Positions 19,461 to 28,790 are shown, counted from the first letter of the stretch. The stretch is 52,750 nucleotides of DNA from a virus (IMGVR_UViG_3300032308_001864:1-52750), one strand, 5' to 3'. Translations and numbers: made by a program. Notes: generated from the letters alone by a model not told the origin.

Positions 19461-21488
19461 TTATTGCTTTTGACTATTAGGACCCTTTATGTTGCCAGAA
19501 TATAACCAGTTATTTTTTTTATTTTGACCATTGACAGAATCATTAATTCCAATAAATGGCGAATTAGCAGATTTTCTCGGTAGAAAATTGTATATTGGTA
19601 TAAAATTAACTGAACAACGAAGAATATGCGGTAACTCATGCATTTTACTGTCATTACCACCTTCAAAACTATCTATAGCTATCTCCCAATTGGTATCATC
19701 GTCTATAGATATATTTAAATCTGTTATTATACCGGGCTGAAATTTAACATAATCGCCTATTGTTAGCTGCATTAGATTACCTCTCAATTTATAATTTTGA
19801 GTATAATCAGGTGCTAAAGTAGATTTAAGATAATTTAGCTTCTGATATAGCGGTTTCATTTCCATCGCGGACGATGCTGCTATAACAAAAGAAAAGTTTA
19901 TATTATTTGTAAACGAATCGTATAAGTAAAAGTTTTCTCCTCGACCAGAGTATGTATATTGATTCCATTTAGAATTCATTTTATCATCAAAACTTTCTAA
20001 ATACGCTCTAAAAACCATATATACACCATATTCGGGACTATCATTATCTATTGATTTAAACCTAAATTTAACAATATCTCTTATTTTTTTTGCATCTACG
20101 TTTTCACCATTGTAATCCGTGATATTATTTAGTCCTTTTGTTACATCTTGATTATAAAAAAGACCAGTGGCATTAACTTTATCAGATGCACCCTCTTCGT
20201 CTTCCCAATATTGATATCTATTCTCACCAAGTTTTCTAGCTCTAGAGATTCCTATTCTTTTTTCCATATTCCATTCAACATAATTGGTCTCAGGAATATA
20301 GTCTTTTTTATCTCTACCACTTACTTTATTTTTATATTCTCTAAAATCTTGAGTAGAAAAATTAAAAATATTGGAATTAGGACCCGAATTAGCGTCTTCC
20401 GAGGGAGTAGGTAAAAAAATATAAGAATTTACACCATCAAAGTTTATAGAATTATATTCGCCCATTGTCATAGGCATAAAATTATTAAGAATCTTTTTTT
20501 TATCTTCTGTATTATATATAGAATCTACCGTTTCTACTTTTTTATTTTTGTTTTGAGAATCTATAGTTTTTACATAGTTGGTAGAACCACTTTTTACAAG
20601 AAATTTATTTTTATAATCTCTAAAATCTTGTTTAGAAAAATTAAATGAAGTAGAATCGAACCCAACAGTTGAAGGAAATATTATATTTCCAATAGTCGAA
20701 AGACTATCTATTTTAAGCGTATCTCCAATAGTAATTGGTACAAAATTATTTAATGCCCTTTTTTTAAGGTCATTATCATCCATTCCCGTTAAACTATTTA
20801 CATCTTTAGCTCTTTTAATTGTTGTTCTACCTATACCAAGAAAAGAATTCGGACCACCGTTATATCTAGATATAATATTATCATTTTTACCACTAAATTT
20901 TCTAACAAGATTTAATAATCTGTTATTATTATGGTCGCTATTAAATTTTACTACGCTTTCATATTTGTCTTGTTCAGACATTATAGGTAATAATCCGTGT
21001 CTTACAAAATGGCCTCCAAACGCATTTACACCCACTTGTAAAAGAGTATTTACACCTAGGTTATATATTCTAGTTCCACTGTTTTTAGAAGATAATGCAT
21101 TAGCAGAATCTATAATTCCCTGCAAAACTGAGTTAGTAGAGTAAATTTTTTTGTCTTGTTTGGCTTCAAGTTGCACGTTTTGTAACTGTAAGGCTACTTG
21201 CTTTGCTATAAACTTTGGTCCAGTCTTCTTATTTATTAAGAATTTGCCTATTCTTTCTAAATCCGCTGCTGTTCTAGTAGACGCATTAATTACACCAAAT
21301 CTAAAAAATCCATCGTCGGCACTAGTTGGACTCCATCGTTCTCCTATATCTCTTTTAATATAAGGTTGATTACTATCACCTCCACCGGAAGTATCTCTCC
21401 CGTATGGTCGTTCTACACTAAAAGAACCTCTTCCCCCATAATAGTTATAATTGGGGATATTTTCTACTAATTCCGCTAATGATGGCAT
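19461..21488 (-). CDS. Putative tail tube initiator / baseplate tube-cap protein
   Basis: C-terminal FRAYLESFDD...W...YSGRGE...INFSF...KLNYL...LTIGDY...GIITDL pattern of tube-fold initiators; lies between the tape measure and gp53-like genes. Confidence 0.6.
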   Translation of the reverse strand: MPSLAELVENIPNYNYYGGRGSFSVERPYGRDTSGGGDSNQPYIKRDIGERWSPTSADDGFFRFGVINASTRTAADLERIGKFLINKKTGPKFIAKQVALQLQNVQLEAKQDKKIYSTNSVLQGIIDSANALSSKNSGTRIYNLGVNTLLQVGVNAFGGHFVRHGLLPIMSEQDKYESVVKFNSDHNNNRLLNLVRKFSGKNDNIISRYNGGPNSFLGIGRTTIKRAKDVNSLTGMDDNDLKKRALNNFVPITIGDTLKIDSLSTIGNIIFPSTVGFDSTSFNFSKQDFRDYKNKFLVKSGSTNYVKTIDSQNKNKKVETVDSIYNTEDKKKILNNFMPMTMGEYNSINFDGVNSYIFLPTPSEDANSGPNSNIFNFSTQDFREYKNKVSGRDKKDYIPETNYVEWNMEKRIGISRARKLGENRYQYWEDEEGASDKVNATGLFYNQDVTKGLNNITDYNGENVDAKKIRDIVKFRFKSIDNDSPEYGVYMVFRAYLESFDDKMNSKWNQYTYSGRGENFYLYDSFTNNINFSFVIAASSAMEMKPLYQKLNYLKSTLAPDYTQNYKLRGNLMQLTIGDYVKFQPGIITDLNISIDDDTNWEIAIDSFEGGNDSKMHELPHILRCSVNFIPIYNFLPRKSANSPFIGINDSVNGQNKKNNWLYSGNIKGPNSQKQ

Positions 21489-21709
21489 TATCTAGGTGGC
21501 TTATCTAAATATTTTTTCGGATTCAATGTACCCGTACTTAAAGCCGTAGGCTTCAAAGTTCTCAAATAAGGTCTGGCGTATGTAGAAAAAGCGGGTGAAC
21601 CATCTAAACTTGAACGGTTATGTAAAGTAGAATTTACATCAAATTCAAATTTTAACGGTACACCGTTTAATCTGGTTTTTCCTGCCTCGTAAAGATCATA
21701 TAGTCCCAT
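21488..21709 (-). CDS. Hypothetical small protein (73 aa)
   Basis: TAATG-coupled to the next gene; preceded by a GATATTTATA motif. Confidence 0.7.
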   Translation of the reverse strand: MGLYDLYEAGKTRLNGVPLKFEFDVNSTLHNRSSLDGSPAFSTYARPYLRTLKPTALSTGTLNPKKYLDKPPR

Positions 21710-21747
21710 AGTATAATAGTTTTATATAAATATCGTAGTTTATATTA

Positions 21748-23955
21748 TTAAGCAAAAGAATTATAAGATATACCTTGAGCCGTTCCAACTTTAACAGAAT
21801 CCATTATTACTGTACCACCTCTTTGTAATAGTTCTATCATCTGTTTATTTTGTGATACAACGACTTCATTTTGTTCTATTAATTTAGACATACCCTTTAT
21901 GTCAAAAATATTCTGTTTATTTAGAGGTATTATTGCCTCGGGACCAGCTTCACCAATCATCCCCACATGTTTTCTAACTGCTATACCGCCATCAGCATGC
22001 CTGTTACCATCTGGTATAGCTTCTTCTGCGCCATTTATTCTAGTGGCGGCAAATGCCCCGGCAGCTATACCACCTATAGCAATACCTGCAGGACCAAAAG
22101 CTGCACCCATCAATCCCCCCATTAAAGTTGCTATTCCGACCGCAACAAGTTTTAATTTCTGAGCATCACTTAATATATTAGCAAAACCCTCCGCCAATCT
22201 CATAAGAGGCCCAGAAGTTATCTGAATTAATATTTGCTGTAATTTTAACATAGATTGTTCAAACTGTTTTTGAATAGTAACTTTTTGAATATCCTGTAAT
22301 AAAATTTGACCGTTTTGTTTTTTTAATATTTCTTGTTCAAATTGTCTTTTTTCTTCACCGTCTTTTATAGTCTCGTATTTTTTCTGCAATTCTTCTCTAT
22401 CTTGAACTCCTAAATCATTAAACAACTTTTGGTTTTTCATCATTTCCATCATTTCGTCCGATGACATACCTAACAAAGAAGCCAGCGATTTTCTTTGAAT
22501 AACATTAAGACTCATCAATTTGTCTATACCCCCAAACTGTTTAGATATTTCAGCTACTGCCTGTGAATCTTTTCCATCTAAAGCAAGTGATCTTGCTCTC
22601 TCTAGATTCAATTGACGTCCTGTTAATAATTCTGCTTCTAATTCGTTACTTATAGAACTTTCAAAATCTAATAGCCCATCAGCTGCTTTAGCTGCTTGTT
22701 CCATAGTAAAACCTAATTTATTAGCTTGTACCACGGCTTGCGTTATTTGTTCTACGTTTCCTTTATATTTAGCAAAAGTTTCCCCACCTATGTTTGAAAC
22801 ATCTTTCATTATCTTTTTATATGCAACAGATGTTCTATTCATTTTTAAAGTAGTCTGCATTAAATCTGATGCTGATTTACCTGTAAGTAATGACATTTTT
22901 TGGATGTTACCGGCTTCTTCTGCAGTAAGACCCATTTTTTCGGTCATGTCTATCTGATCTTTTAATTGTTGAGCAGTAAACATGGCGTTTGTCTGTAAAA
23001 CACCCTGTAAGGAACTTAATGCGTTTCCTAAATTTTGTGTATTTACAAATGAGTCATTTGCAGATAGTTGCATAGCATTGAAACTTACTTGAATACGTCT
23101 AGCAAAATCATTTGAAACGCCCATATTATTTGACATTTCTACAACAGATTCATTTAGCTTCATCATGCCTTTCCATAAAAATGAAATAGTTGTCGATATA
23201 GCGGTAATACTAACTAAAGGATCATTGAAAGATTGTTTTAATTGTTCACCCGTAGAGATTATACCTCGTTTAAAAACATCAAATTTAGTGGAACCCGCTG
23301 TTCTAGCAACATTTTCCATATCATCTCGAATGGCTTTTAAATTCATAAGATCACCAAAAATAGGAATTTTTGATACCCCCTTAATAAGTTTATCTATGAT
23401 ACCCATTTTAATCAAAAGCTTACCGTATTCTTTGTTAGCTGCTAAAACACGTTTTTCTTGATCCTCTTGAACATTTAATATGTTTCGGTTTTTAGCAAAA
23501 ATTTCAGTTAACATAGCTGCATGTAAATTCTGTTCAGTAGAATTATGTTGAGCTAATATTAAAGCTTGTTCCGCCAACATATTTAAATCTTTTTGAATTT
23601 GAGCCTGGTCGTTACCAGAATTTAAAATAGTATCTAACTGATTTTTAAGAGTACTATTATTTCTAGTAGAATGTTCTTCTATCTGCTGCAGCAATTGAAC
23701 TTCTTTAGCTTTACTTACATCTAATTCTCTTTGTATATTTCTATGTCTAATAAATTCGGTACCTAATTTAGCTTCTAGATCTAGAGTTTGTTTTAAACTA
23801 TTATTGACTGATGTCGCAATCGATTTAATAGTTCTATAAGATTGGGAGGCAGCTTGTGGCACTGATTGCGCAACTCGAGATAACCTATCACGGGTATCGT
23901 CAAACGCCATTTGGAGGTCAGTTAAGTCCTTTATTATTTGGTCATTAGTAGCCAT
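21748..23955 (-). CDS. Tail tape measure protein
   Basis: 735 aa, helical and Ala/Gln/Leu-rich; LLDFESSISNELEAELLTGRQLNLERAR; Gly/Ala hydrophobic stretch; C-terminal ADGG...GEAGPEAIIPL. Confidence 0.88.
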   Translation of the reverse strand: MATNDQIIKDLTDLQMAFDDTRDRLSRVAQSVPQAASQSYRTIKSIATSVNNSLKQTLDLEAKLGTEFIRHRNIQRELDVSKAKEVQLLQQIEEHSTRNNSTLKNQLDTILNSGNDQAQIQKDLNMLAEQALILAQHNSTEQNLHAAMLTEIFAKNRNILNVQEDQEKRVLAANKEYGKLLIKMGIIDKLIKGVSKIPIFGDLMNLKAIRDDMENVARTAGSTKFDVFKRGIISTGEQLKQSFNDPLVSITAISTTISFLWKGMMKLNESVVEMSNNMGVSNDFARRIQVSFNAMQLSANDSFVNTQNLGNALSSLQGVLQTNAMFTAQQLKDQIDMTEKMGLTAEEAGNIQKMSLLTGKSASDLMQTTLKMNRTSVAYKKIMKDVSNIGGETFAKYKGNVEQITQAVVQANKLGFTMEQAAKAADGLLDFESSISNELEAELLTGRQLNLERARSLALDGKDSQAVAEISKQFGGIDKLMSLNVIQRKSLASLLGMSSDEMMEMMKNQKLFNDLGVQDREELQKKYETIKDGEEKRQFEQEILKKQNGQILLQDIQKVTIQKQFEQSMLKLQQILIQITSGPLMRLAEGFANILSDAQKLKLVAVGIATLMGGLMGAAFGPAGIAIGGIAAGAFAATRINGAEEAIPDGNRHADGGIAVRKHVGMIGEAGPEAIIPLNKQNIFDIKGMSKLIEQNEVVVSQNKQMIELLQRGGTVIMDSVKVGTAQGISYNSFA

Positions 23956-24024
23956 GTATTATATATTTCTAATATAAGTTTTATAAGTATATCCTATAAA
24001 CATAAATATATAAGTAATGTTTTT

Positions 24025-24279
24025 TTACTTTTTCCTAGACATATTAGTGGCATAATCAAAAGATACCGGATTCTTTTTAGCCAAATCGTTCAAATTCAAA
24101 GTATTTTTAGAATGGTCTTTGTTGGCTTCTTCGATCTTTTTTACCAATTTTCCTATATTAAATTTACGTATAGGTACAGGCATATGATAACATTCATAGT
24201 ATGTTATACCCCCATTACTATTAGTACATAACCACAATAATTCTTCGTGAAATCCTTTCCGATAATTATCATCTAGGCC
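24025..24279 (-). CDS. Tail assembly chaperone C-terminal extension, probably reached by frameshift
   Basis: Frame is open from the T7 run at the end of the upstream gene: GLDDNYRKGFHEELLWLCTNSNGGITYYECYHMPVPIRKF...; its only own start candidates are a TTG or an internal ATG. Confidence 0.65.
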   Translation of the reverse strand, partial: GLDDNYRKGFHEELLWLCTNSNGGITYYECYHMPVPIRKFNIGKLVKKIEEANKDHSKNTLNLNDLAKKNPVSFDYATNMSRKK

Positions 24280-25021
24280 AAAAAAAGTCCGCCGTAAATG
24301 GCAAGCTAAGGCCCTCCACTACCTCGCCATCTTTCTTGGTGAAGGATACTGTTAGATCTACTCCTGGTGATAAATTTTCTACGTGCCGTCTGAATTTTAA
24401 AGAATCTAATGCCGGCATTGAATCTACAAAATTGTTTATTGTGCCTCGATTTTTATCACCATTTACAGCTACAATCATTTTTTTCAATTTAGTTGTAACT
24501 TCGGAAGCCATGTTCTTTCCTAACCTTTCCATAGAACGGAGTTCATCGGATATTTCTTTTTCGTCCCTACCAGTTAAAAACTTATAGGTAACAGTGACTT
24601 TACTCAAAGGCAAAACAAATTCGTGTTCATTGAGACCTTTTGTAAATAGAGATTCGTCTATTTCTTTATTTTTTAAAGCTGTCAAATCTACTATAACTTC
24701 TTCTTTTTTACTACCATCGGTATAATCAAAAGCATAGTCTTTTCCATAAGCTAATACTCTAGCTGCTACAATAATAGCATCTTTATCACCTATTAAAAGA
24801 TCCATATGATCAATTTTAGAAATTATAATTGATTCTATGAATTTGTCAATTGCGGCATTCTGCTTAATCAGATTTTTATTAGTTATAATATCTTCTTCTT
24901 TAGCGGTGGGTATTTTAAGTTCAATTATACCGTTGCTAATAGGACTAGAAGAAGGGTAGAAAATACCTTTTGAAGGTAAATCTAAAGGTTGAGAAGGTAG
25001 ATCGAAAACATTGTTTGTCAT
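24269..25021 (-). CDS. Tail/baseplate hub assembly chaperone (T4 gp26-like)
   Basis: LDLPSKGIFY, TAKEEDII, LLIGDKDAIIVAARVLAYG, LPLSKVTVTYKFLTGRDE, DSLKFR, C-terminal DFFWP; upstream of the tape measure gene. Confidence 0.8.
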   Translation of the reverse strand: MTNNVFDLPSQPLDLPSKGIFYPSSSPISNGIIELKIPTAKEEDIITNKNLIKQNAAIDKFIESIIISKIDHMDLLIGDKDAIIVAARVLAYGKDYAFDYTDGSKKEEVIVDLTALKNKEIDESLFTKGLNEHEFVLPLSKVTVTYKFLTGRDEKEISDELRSMERLGKNMASEVTTKLKKMIVAVNGDKNRGTINNFVDSMPALDSLKFRRHVENLSPGVDLTVSFTKKDGEVVEGLSLPFTADFFWPR

Positions 25022-25073
25022 ATAATCTTTATTTGTTTATATATAAATATATGGTAATTTTATTTTTTTACTA

Positions 25074-25319
25074 TTATGTGTTTAAAATTTTATATTCTTC
25101 GCGTATACCTTTCCATCCGCACCAACAACTATTTTCAAAAATATAATGAAACGAATGACCCTGGCTACAATTACCAACAGTGCTTCGTGTGTTATTATCG
25201 TGATGATGCAGTCTTCCATTTTCATCATAGTAAGGAATAAACCCCATAAGAGTGGATCTCGTATGCTCTGTTGTAACAGTAGATTTTAATCCTTGTTCTT
25301 TACATATTGGGCATATCAT
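25074..25319 (-). CDS. Hypothetical Cys/His-rich protein (possible zinc binder)
   Basis: CPIC, HHHD, CSQGH, CWCGW; ATGA-coupled to the upstream gene. Confidence 0.7.
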   Translation of the reverse strand: MICPICKEQGLKSTVTTEHTRSTLMGFIPYYDENGRLHHHDNNTRSTVGNCSQGHSFHYIFENSCWCGWKGIREEYKILNT

Positions 25320-25576
25320 TTGCCGTAGGTTTCGTTGTAGAAATCTGTTGGGTCTTTCGTTTCTGATATACTTTTTGCGCTTTCATATCCATTCCATTTA
25401 CCATATTGAAAAGCATCTTCTATCTGCTGCTTTTCCATTTCTTTGGCTCGTACTTCTAAATCATTAAGTGCATGTAAGCATAATTCAAGCTGGAATGGAC
25501 TGTTGTTTTTAGCAAAATCAATTAGTATATTTTCAGCTTGTTTAGCAAACCACTCAACCGCTGTCTGCTGTGCCAT
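25316..25576 (-). CDS. Small hypothetical phage protein
   Basis: QTAVEW...AKEMEKQQIEDAF...FYNETY pattern, recalled from small accessory proteins of Bacteroidota phages. Confidence 0.75.
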   Translation of the reverse strand: MAQQTAVEWFAKQAENILIDFAKNNSPFQLELCLHALNDLEVRAKEMEKQQIEDAFQYGKWNGYESAKSISETKDPTDFYNETYGK

Positions 25577-25588
25577 GTTATTTCTGTT

Positions 25589-25798
25589 TTAGTTTGATTG
25601 ATATTCATTTCCATCTTGCAATATTGCATCTAAAACCCTGTACAAGGGAACTAATATTGCTCCGTTTGTATATATCTGCTTCTCATCTTTGAAGCTATAA
25701 GCAATTATAAAATCAGCTATTTTTAATTTTTGCTCATCAGTAATATATTTTAATCTACTGCTGATAGATATATGGTTTTTTATATCTTGTTGTGCCAT
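25589..25798 (-). CDS. Small hypothetical protein
   Basis: Start MAQQDIK at 25798 shares a 15-nt start region with the neighbouring gene. Confidence 0.65.
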   Translation of the reverse strand: MAQQDIKNHISISSRLKYITDEQKLKIADFIIAYSFKDEKQIYTNGAILVPLYRVLDAILQDGNEYQSN

Positions 25799-25811
25799 GT
25801 TATTTATTGGT

Positions 25812-25913
25812 TTAGTATTTGTAAAAGTCAAAACACAACCAAGTAAAACCTGAATATGTTTTGAATGGTATTAAGTGCCACTCTAATAAATGTATTTCAA
25901 TAAGTATTTTCAT
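25812..25913 (-). CDS. Very small hypothetical protein (33 aa)
   Basis: Translated by hand: MKILIEIHLLEWHLIPFKTYSGFTWLCFDFYKY; ATG 1 nt after the sigma gene stop; fills the gap. Confidence 0.45.
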   Translation of the reverse strand: MKILIEIHLLEWHLIPFKTYSGFTWLCFDFYKY

Positions 25914-25914
25914 G

Positions 25915-26760
25915 TTATGCTTTTTTATTTATTTTCCCAACTAAAATATTTTCATCCGAATCTAATTCTCCATTTAAATACATAACATTCATTTGTTGCT
26001 TATAAATCGTTTTTAAAGCCTTTACAATTTTTGTAATGTACGGGGTTGGTTGACCAGTTATCTCTCTTATAAAGAGATAAAAATGTTGTTTATTATATAT
26101 TTCTAAGCTTTCTCTTCTTTTGAATATTTCTAGTATAGCAAACACTATATCCTGGTCTTTTACATCCGGAAAATATTTATCTATATTTTTTTGAATATGT
26201 CTTATAAACGATTCTATAAAATAATATAATTTTTCATCACTTTCCGATAAAGACGAAGCAAAAGAAATTTTAGAATCATCTCCATAGTATTCATTATTCC
26301 ATACTATCTTTTCTTCATCTACATCTTCTAGATCTGCTTTACTTTTTAATTTTTTATAATTGTTTATATTATAAACTATTAAATATCTTTTAGCAATGGT
26401 GCCAAAAAAAGAATATGCTTTACCCAAATTTTGGTCATAACGATGTAATTTTTCTATTAAAAAAGTTACAACTTCATGTTTTAAATCTTCTATATTATCT
26501 AAATCGGTATAATAAAACTTAAAAGTATGTATTATATTTTCAGCTAATTTATTAAAACTTTTATCTATGTATTTATTGTACAATTTATTTCGTTCAATTT
26601 GATTGACCGATTTTAAATATTCTACAATAGCATCCTCAGTTTCTTTATTAAAATAATCTAAAGATTTTTTTTGTTTTCTTTTTCTAAGTTTACCCGATTT
26701 AGTGTAAATAGTTAAATCCAGTTTTTCTTCTTTTGTTTTTTGCATTACTGATATTTTCAT
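25915..26760 (-). CDS. Phage sigma-70-like factor (T4 gp55-like late sigma)
   Basis: Region-2-like KLAENIIHTFKF...EDLKHEVVTFLIEKLHRYD...KAYSFFGTIAKRYLI. Confidence 0.72.
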   Translation of the reverse strand: MKISVMQKTKEEKLDLTIYTKSGKLRKRKQKKSLDYFNKETEDAIVEYLKSVNQIERNKLYNKYIDKSFNKLAENIIHTFKFYYTDLDNIEDLKHEVVTFLIEKLHRYDQNLGKAYSFFGTIAKRYLIVYNINNYKKLKSKADLEDVDEEKIVWNNEYYGDDSKISFASSLSESDEKLYYFIESFIRHIQKNIDKYFPDVKDQDIVFAILEIFKRRESLEIYNKQHFYLFIREITGQPTPYITKIVKALKTIYKQQMNVMYLNGELDSDENILVGKINKKA

Positions 26761-27038
26761 TTTTTATAATTCAAAAAATACCCACTTAATATCAGTGATA
26801 TACTTTTTAATTGCTTAAAGAAAAAACCGGTTTCGTCGTCTGATTCAAATGCACCTAGTGTGTCTAGTTGTTTCATTTTTTGTGACGATTCATCTATTAA
26901 TGATTTTAATTTATCATAAAATTCATCTTTATACTTTATATCATCTTCGTATAATTCTACTTTTTTTAGTAGAACATATACTGCTGTTCCTAATGTAGAT
27001 GATGCAACAGCTAAAATAAAAATTATAAAATATAGCAT
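26757..27038 (-). CDS. Membrane-anchored hypothetical protein
   Basis: N-terminal hydrophobic helix, then coiled coil and GAFESDDETGFFF. Confidence 0.75.
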   Translation of the reverse strand: MLYFIIFILAVASSTLGTAVYVLLKKVELYEDDIKYKDEFYDKLKSLIDESSQKMKQLDTLGAFESDDETGFFFKQLKSISLILSGYFLNYKK

Positions 27039-27047
27039 TTTTTTAAT

Positions 27048-27653
27048 TTAAAGTGACGCGATTAAATTTGATTGATATATAATATGCGGAATTATACTGT
27101 TTTTATTTGCAAAAGTATAAGTGTAATTCTTATTACTTTCCTCGTATATTTCCAATGAAAGTTTAACTCCTAGAAACTCATTAAATGTCATTTTAATCCC
27201 CATTTGTTGCAATAGATAAATGCTTCTATCAGAAGTTTTCATATATTGACATGAAGGATTAAATTTATAAATTTCTCCTCTGTTTTTAACAAACCAGTCA
27301 TTATCTTGTGGGACAAATAAAGGTTCTGTAAAAGATCCGAATTTACCCAAATTAAAGTGCATAGCAGTAAAAACTAATTCTTCTTCACTATGTGTCATTT
27401 TATAGCCACTATTAGCAAAAACTTTATTCATTTCTAATGCAGCATTAACAACCTTGTTAGTATATTCTATGTATCCCCCTGGATACGCTCCCTTATACTC
27501 GTTAGATGTCGCATTAGGTAAATCTATAAATCTTTCTTCGAATTTAGTATAAAAATACTGAAGTACTTCTTTTCTTTTTAAATTCGAATTATATTTTTCT
27601 ATATTAGAAAGAAAGGTCTCCCAATTTTCTAAAATTTTTTCTCCTGTTATCAT
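27048..27653 (-). CDS. HD-domain-like protein with degenerate metal ligands
   Basis: AYPGGYIEY and AMHFNLGKFG align with the H..A..GG...H and HDLGK.G pattern of HD hydrolases, but the His/Asp residues are replaced. Confidence 0.65.
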   Translation of the reverse strand: MITGEKILENWETFLSNIEKYNSNLKRKEVLQYFYTKFEERFIDLPNATSNEYKGAYPGGYIEYTNKVVNAALEMNKVFANSGYKMTHSEEELVFTAMHFNLGKFGSFTEPLFVPQDNDWFVKNRGEIYKFNPSCQYMKTSDRSIYLLQQMGIKMTFNEFLGVKLSLEIYEESNKNYTYTFANKNSIIPHIIYQSNLIASL

Positions 27654-27658
27654 TGTTA

Positions 27659-27847
27659 TTAATATCTATTTAGATAAAAGTCTTCCTCAACATCAACCGC
27701 TTCTTCTAGCTCTTTCAGAGCTATTTTCATATTTTCAAGTAAGATAGTTGCTTGATCATAATTTCTAGTATTAAAAAAATAATTCATAGATATAACCATG
27801 TTTTGAACTTTCTCTAATTTGTTTAAAACCCCTTTTTTATTTTTCAT
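27659..27847 (-). CDS. Hypothetical protein (62 aa)
   Basis: ATG ORF directly downstream of a canonical promoter. Confidence 0.7.
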   Translation of the reverse strand: MKNKKGVLNKLEKVQNMVISMNYFFNTRNYDQATILLENMKIALKELEEAVDVEEDFYLNRY

Positions 27848-27863
27848 ATTTTAATATTTTACA

Positions 27864-27895
27864 CAAAGATAGTATATTTTTTTACATTTACCAAA
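27864..27895 (-). promoter_or_regulatory. Bacteroidota primary-sigma promoter
   Basis: TTTG (27895-27892), 20 nt spacer, TATCTTTG (27871-27864). Confidence 0.85.
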
Positions 27896-27896
27896 T

Positions 27897-28499
27897 TTAT
27901 TTTTCACCTTTTATTTCTAGTAATTCCTCGTACTCATCCATATTCCTGTATAATAAATCTCTATATCTCCAGTAAAATTTATCTAATAGCTTTTTTTGAT
28001 ACCTGGGAAATAGTAATTCTTTATGTAAGAATGGTGCTTCTTTGATGATATTAGCCGGAGTATTCCTATCATCTATTTCTATAAGTCCCGCGTAAGCGGG
28101 TATTACATGTGAAGTTAATAATCCTTTTGGTACAGCATACCAAAATTTATTTGGTTTTTTATAGCAATTTTCCGTATCATTGCTTTCTAACAGAATATGT
28201 TTATCTTTTTTGTTAAAATCATCTTTAAAATCACTTTTACTAACTTTAATCTCAAATTCATATACATATCCTGCATCAGATAAAGAGAAAAAATCTGACT
28301 CCCAATCAAATATATATGCATTATTAATTAAATATTTATGATTTACATATTTTAAAGATAATGAATATATTATATCTTTAGAAGATATCTCACCATAATT
28401 CTTAGCTGAGGATATATTCTTAATAGATTTAATTTTTCTATGTGTTGGTTTAACTAATTCAGTTTTATTTAAGTTACTAAAATCTATAAGTTTACTCAT
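27897..28499 (-). CDS. PD-(D/E)XK nuclease, MmcB-like
   Basis: WESDFF...YEFEIKVSKSDFKDD...PNKFWYAVP...PAYAGLI. Confidence 0.75.
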   Translation of the reverse strand: MSKLIDFSNLNKTELVKPTHRKIKSIKNISSAKNYGEISSKDIIYSLSLKYVNHKYLINNAYIFDWESDFFSLSDAGYVYEFEIKVSKSDFKDDFNKKDKHILLESNDTENCYKKPNKFWYAVPKGLLTSHVIPAYAGLIEIDDRNTPANIIKEAPFLHKELLFPRYQKKLLDKFYWRYRDLLYRNMDEYEELLEIKGEK

Positions 28500-28533
28500 T
28501 TTTGAAAATATTTTTAAAAAATATGAAAATAAA

Positions 28534-28565
28534 TTTGGAATTTGTCTAAAAAGTCATTATATTTG
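28534..28565 (+). promoter_or_regulatory. Bacteroidota primary-sigma promoter pointing into the AT-rich tract
   Basis: TTTG (28534-28537), 20 nt spacer, TATATTTG (28558-28565). Confidence 0.8.
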
Positions 28566-28567
28566 CA

Positions 28568-28790
28568 TTGTCTCAGACAATTAATACTATTAGCCCCGTA
28601 ACGGGGCAAACTAATAACTAACTAAATACTACTAATAACTACTATATAATAACTAAATAACTACTATATAACTATAATATAATAATAATTAATATATTTA
28701 TATACTATATTTATACTATAATAAATATATATTTATATATATAAAATACTATTTTTAATATATTTATTTTTATATAATAATAATTAATAT
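28568..28790. repeat. Two short inverted repeats plus a G-free low-complexity AT-rich tract (candidate origin)
   Basis: TTGTCT-C-AGACAA (28568-28580), GCCCCG-TAA-CGGGGC (28593-28607), then no G on the plus strand from 28608 to 28790, with repeated ACTA/TAACTA units; at the divergent strand switch. Confidence 0.7.

Noticed and set aside
702-24587. Short plus-strand ORFs across the left arm (and short minus-strand ORFs across the right arm)
   Set aside because: They lie antisense to or inside well-supported genes and carry no recognisable motifs.
28500-28790. tRNA or known structured ncRNA in the long intergenic region
   Set aside because: No cloverleaf or T-loop motif; only two short hairpins and low-complexity sequence.
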